From the NCBI GenBank assembly GCA_045803545.1, contig JBJMOW010000004.1:1009189-1073188 (forward strand): a stretch of DNA of 64,000 nt, read 5' to 3'. The notes beneath the pieces are model-generated. The model was not told the DNA's origin, did no database searches, and was given only the letters and a program-made list of their open reading frames with translations. The translations under genes and the position numbers were made by a program. How positions within the stretch are numbered: position 1 is the stretch's first letter; each line of letters starts with the position of its first letter. This DNA comes from Gemmatimonadaceae bacterium (GTDB lineage Bacteria; Gemmatimonadota; Gemmatimonadetes; Gemmatimonadales; Gemmatimonadaceae). Below are positions 8,260-14,762 of this stretch, piece after piece.

Positions 8260-10034
8260 GAACCAGGATGACCAGAGCCACTCTTATCGCTGCAGCTTTC
8301 GTTTGCGCGCTGCCGCTTGCGGCGCAAAACCCGACTCCCGCGCCGCCGGCACCACCCGCGCCTGCCGCCCCGCCTGCTGATATCGACATCGAGATGCCGG
8401 ACTTGCCCGACATGCCGGACATCCCCGATATGCCGGACATCCCGGATATGCCGGACATCCCGGATATGCCGGACATGCCCCTGCTTGCACCAATGCTCAT
8501 GGACCTGGATCTGATCGGACCAGCGTTGGCGCCTCTCGGCGCGCTCTCCGACATCGATTTCGATTTCGAGATGCCGGAAATGCCCGAGATCCCTGACATG
8601 CCCGGTGTACCGTACAGTCCCGACATCCCACCGATGGCGTTGGCTCCGCGCATTGCGATGCCGGCGGTGCCGATGATCGCAATGCGACCAGCTGTGCCAG
8701 GTGTAACGCCCCTCATCGCGATTACTCCCGCGGCAAGCATTGGCTGGCAATCCCGATTCGACCAGGCATTCAGCGGCATCACCTCCAATCCGCCCGAGTC
8801 GTGGGCGCAAACAGACCCCGCCGATTCGCTTTATAGACTGGCGCGTACTGCGCTGAATCGAGGCGAGTATCGCCGTGCCGCCGATCTCTTCGGCCAGATC
8901 AGTCAGAAATTTCCGAACTCGGTTTATGCTTCCGACGCCCGATACTGGCGTGCCTTCGCGCTCTACCGAATCGGCGGACACGACGATTTGCGCGTCGCAC
9001 TCGTTTCACTGCAGGACAGTGGGCGTGGGTTTCGTCAGCAATCGCTCCAGACTGACGCGCCGGTTCTCGCGGCAAGAATTCGTGGGGCACTCGCGCGTGA
9101 CGGAGACGAAAGCGCTCGACAGGCGCTCCAGACCGCTGCCACCCAACCTGGCGTGTGCGATCGTGAAGATCTCGCCGTTCGCGTGGAGGCGCTTAACTCG
9201 CTCGGTCAGACAGACCCGGAGTCAACCACTCCGATTCTGCGCCGTGTTCTCGCCCGCCGCGACGACTGCTCGGCGGCTCTTCGTCGCGCCGCGCTGTACC
9301 TGCTTGGGCGTCGCACTGACGACGAAGCGCGCGATCTCATCATCTCCGCCGCGCGCAACGATCCCGACATTCAAGTCCGCGCCGATGCCCTTCGTTTTCT
9401 GGCCGCGATGCCGGGCGATCAGCCGATCGCCACAATTGAAGAGATGGTGCGCACTCCCGGCAATGAGCAGCTCCAACGCGCGGCGATCGCCGCGCTTGGC
9501 AGAAGCGATAGCCCCCGCGCCCGTCAGAGTCTGCACAACGTAATCGAGCGCACCGATCTCTCGGAGAGCCTGCGCGCCACTGCGCTCTTGAGCGTCAGCG
9601 CGGATCGCTCGGGGGACAACGGAGCCTACTTACGATCGATCTACCCGCGGCTCGACACCCCACGGCTGAAAGGAGAGGCGATTCGCGCGATCGCGCGGAT
9701 CGGCGGCAACGACAACGATCAGTTTCTGCTCTCGATAGTTCGCAATCAGAGCGAATCACCTGATGTGAGAGCGACCGCCCTGCGCTCGGTTGGCCGGTCT
9801 ACTATCTCGATCGCGGATCTGTCGAAAATGTACGACGCAGCAGATGACCGTCGGCTGCGCGAGCAGCTGATCGGACTGTTCGCTCAGCGAGACGACCCGC
9901 AGGCGACGGACAAACTCCTCGAGATCGCGCGCAACGGAACCGATCCCGATATGCGCCGCTACGCCATTTCCGCTCTGTCGCGCAAGAATGATCCGCGCAC
10001 CAAGAAGCTCTTACTGGAGATCATCGACAAATGA
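8256..10034 (+). CDS. Exported HEAT/ARM-repeat protein with an N-terminal (D/E)-x-P repeat tract
   Basis: 592 aa. The start overlaps the anti-sigma stop (GTGA). Signal peptide is ATLIAAAFVCALPLAAQ. It carries repeated D-P-D-x-x-V-R-x-x-A-x-x-x-L units (NDPDIQVRADALRFLA, ESPDVRATALRSVG, TDPDMRRYAISALS). Confidence 0.7.
   Translation: MRTRMTRATLIAAAFVCALPLAAQNPTPAPPAPPAPAAPPADIDIEMPDLPDMPDIPDMPDIPDMPDIPDMPDMPLLAPMLMDLDLIGPALAPLGALSDIDFDFEMPEMPEIPDMPGVPYSPDIPPMALAPRIAMPAVPMIAMRPAVPGVTPLIAITPAASIGWQSRFDQAFSGITSNPPESWAQTDPADSLYRLARTALNRGEYRRAADLFGQISQKFPNSVYASDARYWRAFALYRIGGHDDLRVALVSLQDSGRGFRQQSLQTDAPVLAARIRGALARDGDESARQALQTAATQPGVCDREDLAVRVEALNSLGQTDPESTTPILRRVLARRDDCSAALRRAALYLLGRRTDDEARDLIISAARNDPDIQVRADALRFLAAMPGDQPIATIEEMVRTPGNEQLQRAAIAALGRSDSPRARQSLHNVIERTDLSESLRATALLSVSADRSGDNGAYLRSIYPRLDTPRLKGEAIRAIARIGGNDNDQFLLSIVRNQSESPDVRATALRSVGRSTISIADLSKMYDAADDRRLREQLIGLFAQRDDPQATDKLLEIARNGTDPDMRRYAISALSRKNDPRTKKLLLEIIDK
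8391..8480 (+). repeat. Coding tandem repeat, 9/18-bp period, encoding EMPDLPDMPDIPDMPDIPDMPDIPDMPDMP
   Basis: The units atgccggacatccc(c/g)gat are repeated head to tail, giving ten consecutive acidic-x-Pro triplets in the protein. Confidence 0.9.
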
Positions 10035-11299
10035 CTGTCAGCCGTTTCGTAGCGATCGCGGTCGCTGGCGCGATCGTCGGCACCAGCGCGTCAGCGCAAT
10101 CTCTGGCCAACCGCGTCGCGTCAGCGTCCGATCGTTCAGTGCAGTTCACCTACAAGGCGCGGCCGGGTGTATGCGGCGACGGTCGCACTTATATCTCCAC
10201 TGGCCCGGGAAACTTCTATGGCTTCAATTCGAGCGACAGGGCTGACCAGTGTCAGGCCGGTCCCGTGCGCGTGGTGGTCGACCTCGCCGACAGAAACGTT
10301 GTCGCGCTGCGCACGTACGTCGGCATTCCGTCCACCGGCCTCGACGCGAGCGTTTCGAACCTCGGCAACGTAACTCCAACGGATGCCGCTGACTTCCTGC
10401 TGGGCGTAGCTGGGCGGGCCGATGGTCGCATCGGGCGCGACGCGATCTTTGCCGCGCTGCTTGGCGACAGTGTCGACGTCAGCTCGCGATTACTGACGAT
10501 TGGCCGCGACGGCAATCGTCCATTGGAGACTCGTCGAGCCGCTCTCGCCGGCCTGGCGCGTACGGATTCGCGCCAGCTCGATGCGATTGGCTCGTCGCTC
10601 GTCCAGATCGCTACCAACGAGAGCGATGTCCAGGGTGCGCGTGAGGAGGCGCTTCGAGTTCTGTCGAGACTCGATCACGGAGCCGGCATCCAGCCGCTGA
10701 TTCGTCTTGCCAACAGCAACGCGACTTCATGGATTGGTCGGGAGAGCATGCGTGTACTCGCGTCTTCGGGCGATCCGCGTGCCCGGGATTTTCTGCGCGC
10801 GACGGTGCAGCGCACTGACGTCCCCGATGAATTGCTTGCGTCGGCGATTCGTGGTCTCGGCCGCAACTATGTCACCGGACAGGATGCGACTTTGCTGCGC
10901 TCGCTTTATCCAAAGGTCACCGGAGATAAATCACGCGACGCCATCCTGGCGTCGCTAGCGAACCTGGGCGGCGCTGACAACGTGCAATGGCTCACCGATG
11001 TCGTCCGGAACGAGCAGCTTTCGCCTGACGCTCGTCGCCGAGCGCTTGTCTATCTCACCCGCGCCGGCGCGCCGACGCCCACGCTGGTTGCGCTCTACGA
11101 TCCGCTCACCGACTCACAGTTGCGTGGCGAGTTGATCAGCATCTACTCGCGCGCGGGCGACAAGTCAGCGACCGACAAACTCGTCTGGATTGCGCGCAAT
11201 GAGCAGAACTATCAGTTGAAGCGACGCGCGATCGGTGCGCTGTCGCGGAATTCAGATCCCGCGATCAGGCAGGCGCTGCAGGGTATTGTCGAGCGTTAA
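10031..11299 (+). CDS. Exported HEAT-repeat protein, paralog of the preceding gene
   Basis: 422 aa with an ATGA overlap with the upstream gene. Signal peptide is AIAVAGAIVGTSASAQS. HEAT-like units include GDPRARDFLRATV and LSPDARRRALVYL. The C-terminus RRAIGALSRNSDPAIRQALQGIVER parallels YAISALSRKNDPRTKKLLLEIIDK in the upstream gene. Confidence 0.7.
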   Translation: MTVSRFVAIAVAGAIVGTSASAQSLANRVASASDRSVQFTYKARPGVCGDGRTYISTGPGNFYGFNSSDRADQCQAGPVRVVVDLADRNVVALRTYVGIPSTGLDASVSNLGNVTPTDAADFLLGVAGRADGRIGRDAIFAALLGDSVDVSSRLLTIGRDGNRPLETRRAALAGLARTDSRQLDAIGSSLVQIATNESDVQGAREEALRVLSRLDHGAGIQPLIRLANSNATSWIGRESMRVLASSGDPRARDFLRATVQRTDVPDELLASAIRGLGRNYVTGQDATLLRSLYPKVTGDKSRDAILASLANLGGADNVQWLTDVVRNEQLSPDARRRALVYLTRAGAPTPTLVALYDPLTDSQLRGELISIYSRAGDKSATDKLVWIARNEQNYQLKRRAIGALSRNSDPAIRQALQGIVER

Positions 11300-11892
11300 C
11301 CGGCGATCCGCCGGCGCTTGGCTGTAACTTCGGTATTCTCGACGAGGCGTGGAGCACTCCACGTCTTGTCGAGGACTTTCTGGAAGCAGCGCTTCGGAAT
11401 GATCTCGACGCCCGATTTGGCGAGGGTGTCGTAGCGGGCCAGCTTCTCGGGGTAGCGCGAGATCGTGCAAGCCTTGTAGCCAAGCGACAGGAAGAAATTG
11501 TCGGTGAGGCTCAGCGCGAAAACTTCTTCGATGTCGCGCGCGCGAGCGAGCCGCTCGACGCCCAGCACCACCTGAGTGCCCAATCCCTTGCCGTGCTGGG
11601 TTGGCGATACGGCCACTGAGGATACCTCGGCCAGCGAGGGCGAATACTCCTCGAGCGCCGCGCAGGCGAGCACGCGACCGGCAGCGTCCGTTGCAACGAC
11701 GTAGTTGTCGATGCGCGAAGCGATCTGGTCCAGGGTGCGTGGCAGCATCAGCCCCTGAGCCGCGTACGGGGACACGAGCTCGAGGATCTGGGCCGCATCC
11801 GCCCGCGCTGCCCGGCGCACGATCTGCTGGGCCGGCTTGCGGCGATCAGAAAGCCCCCGGAGAGGCTTGGCTGCACTTGGGATTTTATGCAC
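11296..11892 (-). CDS. GNAT N-acetyltransferase (short N-acetylglutamate-synthase-like)
   Basis: 198 aa. The acetyl-CoA motif is VAVSPTQHGKGLGTQVV. The overall pattern matches short ArgA-like amino-acid acetyltransferases. GTG start at 11892. Confidence 0.8.
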   Translation of the reverse strand: MHKIPSAAKPLRGLSDRRKPAQQIVRRAARADAAQILELVSPYAAQGLMLPRTLDQIASRIDNYVVATDAAGRVLACAALEEYSPSLAEVSSVAVSPTQHGKGLGTQVVLGVERLARARDIEEVFALSLTDNFFLSLGYKACTISRYPEKLARYDTLAKSGVEIIPKRCFQKVLDKTWSAPRLVENTEVTAKRRRIAG

Positions 11893-11919
11893 GAAGAATG
11901 TATATATACACAGCCTTCG
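11892..11919. promoter_or_regulatory. Palindromic operator-like element abutting the GNAT start codon
   Basis: CGAAG-aa-TGTATATATACA-cagc-CTTCG. The central 12-bp palindrome is perfect (11899-11910) and the outer 5-bp arms are complementary. It contains a TATATA hexamer 11 nt upstream of the GTG start on the minus strand. Confidence 0.35.
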
Positions 11920-11955
11920 TGGCGCAAGAGTTTGAGGGAGGACTTGGACTGATAA

Positions 11956-12128
11956 CTACCGCGCTCGTAGCTGATAGCAGCAGGCTGTTAGCTGATGGCT
12001 GCCTGCAACCAGACAGATCCCATAGAATAAAAGCGAGCAGAACGCTGTGCCTCTACGTTGTCGCGATCTGTCCCGTCGCCTGCAGCGAATAGCTATTAGC
12101 TAGCTGCTATCAGCTACCCGCGAGGTAG
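11956..12128. repeat. Imperfect 26-bp terminal inverted repeats enclosing 121 bp (MITE/REP-like)
   Basis: Compare CTACCgcgctcgTAGCTGATAGCAGC (11956-11981) with the reverse complement of 12103-12128, CTACCtcgcggGTAGCTGATAGCAGC. There are additional inner GCTGTTAGCTGA / TAGCTATTAGCTAGC repeats. Confidence 0.6.
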
Positions 12129-12150
12129 TGCGCTTTCAATGTCCGCGGTC

Positions 12151-12615
12151 CTAGTAGCTGGCGAACACCCGGTTCTTCCCATTCCGATCGAATGCGATGA
12201 CCTGGTAGTGCTGCTTCATCGCTCCTTCCATCCCCGGTGATCCCATCGGCATTCCGGGAACAGCCAGCCCCTTCACCGCGGGCTTCGCTGCGAGCAATCG
12301 GTCGATGTCCGCTGCCGGCACGTGCCCCTCAATGAGGTAGCCCTCGACAACGGCTGTATGACACGATCTCAGATCGGGCGGTACGCCAAGCGTGGCTTTG
12401 ATCTGCGCCATGTCGGGCGTGTCCTTGGCATCCACGCGGTAGCCGTGCTTGATGAGATGCTCGATCCAGTTTTTGCAGCAGCCGCAGCTCGGATCTTTGT
12501 AAACCGTGATCGTGGGTTTTTTCGGAGCAACCACGGTCGGTGCCGCAGCGGTCGTAACGGTCAGGGCAGCGGCGCAAACCGCGACCGCGAATAAGCTGAA
12601 TGAGCGCTTGGTCAT
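12151..12615 (-). CDS. DUF411 (CopG-like) periplasmic metal-binding protein
   Basis: CGCCKNWIEHL, SCHTAVVEGYLIEGHVPA and GLAVPGMPMGSPGME are DUF411 signatures. Start ATG 12615 forms an ATGA overlap with the DinB-family stop, and a signal peptide follows it. Confidence 0.85.
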   Translation of the reverse strand: MTKRSFSLFAVAVCAAALTVTTAAAPTVVAPKKPTITVYKDPSCGCCKNWIEHLIKHGYRVDAKDTPDMAQIKATLGVPPDLRSCHTAVVEGYLIEGHVPAADIDRLLAAKPAVKGLAVPGMPMGSPGMEGAMKQHYQVIAFDRNGKNRVFASY

Positions 12616-13151
12616 TGAGGCAGGGATTTGAGTGTGCGTTCGATTTGTTTGCGGTGTCGCGCTTCGTGGTGGCCGACGAAAATTAGCCACTGATACAGAT
12701 CGAGCTCGCCAAGTACGATGTGGGTGTGCTTGATGTCGCCGATCGCCAACCCATCAGCAGAGACGACCGCCGACCGTAAAGCTTCACGCGAGGTCTCCAG
12801 TCCGTCGATTGCTTCATTGATGTCGACGTCGGTTCGTGGCTGAACGAGAGTGGGCGCCTGGAGTAATCCGGATTCCAGCTTGGCTGCGTGAGAGTCGAAC
12901 GATCGCATTACCGACGATGTCGATGTTTCGTCCCGAAGGCCTTCTTCGCGCGCCTTCGCCACACGCTTGGTGATAAGGCGCGCGACACCCGACTCCACCA
13001 TCCGCAGATGTTCGAGGATCTCCGCGACGGACCAGCCGCTTGGATCCGCTCGTTGGCAAAGTCTTGTGCCGGAGACGCCGGCGAAGCTGTTGAGCAGCTC
13101 GCGTCGCTTCTCCTCCACATAACTCATCGTTTCGGCGAGTCTGGGGTGCAC
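12612..13151 (-). CDS. DinB-superfamily (DinB_2-like) metalloenzyme
   Basis: 179 aa. WSVAEILEHL...GHHEARHRKQIERTL carries the conserved His residues of the four-helix DinB fold. Confidence 0.8.
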   Translation of the reverse strand: MHPRLAETMSYVEEKRRELLNSFAGVSGTRLCQRADPSGWSVAEILEHLRMVESGVARLITKRVAKAREEGLRDETSTSSVMRSFDSHAAKLESGLLQAPTLVQPRTDVDINEAIDGLETSREALRSAVVSADGLAIGDIKHTHIVLGELDLYQWLIFVGHHEARHRKQIERTLKSLPQ

Positions 13152-13178
13152 GTTTCTAATGTAGTCATGGGGCTTGGC

Positions 13179-13200
13179 TTCGGGTTATATTCGGTATATA
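13179..13200 (+). promoter_or_regulatory. Candidate operator/promoter, site 2 (TTCGGGTTATATTCGGTATATA), between the DinB-family gene and imuB
   Basis: Same TTCGG-N6-TTCGG architecture as 6155-6175, with an embedded TATAAT (13196-13201). It lies in the 74-bp divergent intergenic region. Confidence 0.45.
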
Positions 13201-13225
13201 ATTGATCCCCCCGCTTCGCTCTGCA

Positions 13226-14596
13226 ATGTTTATCTGCCTCTGGACTCCCGCTGCTTTTCCTGCTCTCCCGCTCTTCGCTGAGGAGGGAGTCGTCCAGGAG
13301 AGCGAGCTGCTCAATGAGCTGGTTCCGGAGCTCCTCAACGTCGCACCGCGCGTCACGATCGGCTCGAGAGGAGTTGTGTGGGCAGATGCCCGCGGACTAG
13401 ATGCCGAGCTCCTCGCCAACGATCTTCTCGATGTCTTCCATCGACATGTTCCATCCTGCCTCCCGCCTCCCGCCTCCCGCCTCCCGCTTCCCGCGAGAGC
13501 GGCGATCTCGCTCGTACCAATCACCGCGGAAGTGGCAGCACTGCATGGCAACGGTGGGCTAGTCAGGATCCCGGTCGGCACCGAGCGGGAATTTCTGGCG
13601 CCGTTTCCGATCGGAGTGCTCGAAGCATCGCCGTTTCTGGCGTCGCTGCTCGATGGAATCGGAGTCGAGCGCTGTGCCGATCTGGCGAAGCTCGATCTGG
13701 AATCGATCGAGGTCCGGTTCGGCGCCGAAGGCGCCAATCTCTGGAGATTGGCGAGAGCCGACGACACGCGTCGCATCTTCAAGACGGTGCCGCGTGCGCT
13801 GCCGACTGCTTCGCTCGACTGGCTGGATTACACTCTGCGCGACGCCGAGCGTCTCGTCTTCATCATTAACTCGCTCGTCGGCAACATCACCACCGAGCTC
13901 AAGTCGCGCGGGCAATGTGCGCGTGAGATGACGTTGGTATTCTCGCTGGCAAACCGTGAGACCCTCGAGCAGCTGGTGCGCCCGGCGCGGTCCACGGCGA
14001 GCCACAAAGCGTGGATGAGATTGATGCGCTCGCACCTGGAGCGACTCTCTCTGCCCGACGGTGTCGTCGGCATTACCGTTCGCGTCGAGTCGGTAACCGG
14101 TGAGGTCGAGAAACAGGGCGACATCTTCGATCGCGGCTTCGGCACCGCGCGCGCGGCCGAGGAGACCATCGCGCAGCTCCTCGATGACCAGGGCGCGGTG
14201 GTCGTCACGCCACGAAATTCACAGCATCCGTTGATCGACCGCCGCACCGAGTGGGTCACTCAGGAGCCATCCCAGGCATCGGCGCGCATTCAGCTGCGGG
14301 AGCGAGTGGTGAAAGCGACGGCGGCCCCGCGTCTGACGCTGCAATTATTGCCAGAACCCAAGAGAGTGGCGGTAACGACACGCCGTCGTCGCGATCACGA
14401 CATGCCGATCCAGTATCGCGACAAAGAGTGGGCAACTCTCGTCTCCGCCGCCGGTCCCGATCGTGTGTCAGGTGGCCAATGGACCGAGCCCTACGCGCGC
14501 GAATATTTCCGCTGCGTCACTGATGACGGAATGATGGTCTGGCTATTCCGCGATGCGCGCGATAGCGAGTGGTATTTGCACGGCTGGTGGGATTAA
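13226..14596 (+). CDS. imuB: ImuB-like (Y-family polymerase-like) mutasome protein
   Basis: The N-terminus MFICLWTPAAFPALPL resembles the canonical ImuB start (CLW.P.WPL). About 456 aa. It occurs in context with imuA and dnaE2. The start is taken at ATG 13226; the TTG at 13202 is also possible. Confidence 0.7.
   Translation: MFICLWTPAAFPALPLFAEEGVVQESELLNELVPELLNVAPRVTIGSRGVVWADARGLDAELLANDLLDVFHRHVPSCLPPPASRLPLPARAAISLVPITAEVAALHGNGGLVRIPVGTEREFLAPFPIGVLEASPFLASLLDGIGVERCADLAKLDLESIEVRFGAEGANLWRLARADDTRRIFKTVPRALPTASLDWLDYTLRDAERLVFIINSLVGNITTELKSRGQCAREMTLVFSLANRETLEQLVRPARSTASHKAWMRLMRSHLERLSLPDGVVGITVRVESVTGEVEKQGDIFDRGFGTARAAEETIAQLLDDQGAVVVTPRNSQHPLIDRRTEWVTQEPSQASARIQLRERVVKATAAPRLTLQLLPEPKRVAVTTRRRRDHDMPIQYRDKEWATLVSAAGPDRVSGGQWTEPYAREYFRCVTDDGMMVWLFRDARDSEWYLHGWWD
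13461..13495. repeat. Five tandem heptamers (TCCCGCC x3, TCCCGCT, TCCCGCG) inside the imuB coding sequence
   Basis: Read directly from the sequence. The tract encodes CLPPPASRLPLPA. The complementary strand reads CGGGAAGCGGGAGGCGGGAGGCGGGAGG, the same family as the intergenic arrays. Confidence 0.9.
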
Positions 14597-14762
14597 TTAC
14601 TCAGAACTGCGCGCTGCTAGCCAACGAATCAGTCCCAGCTGCGAGCTAAGACCGAAATTCGAACCTATTGCGAGTTAAGAGCAAACGCTCCATCCAAGCT
14701 CGTACCTCGCACTGGGCTCGCAAATCGGACTCAGATCGCACCTCGGATTCACCCGTATTGCA

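Noticed and set aside
8222-8981. Minus-strand ORFs 8222..8788 and 8244..8981 (188 and 245 aa)
   Set aside because: They are antisense to the HEAT-repeat gene. Their repetitive GMSGISG / RHIRDV sequences are simply the complement of the coding (D-x-P) tandem repeat. The plus-strand gene has a signal peptide and domain structure.
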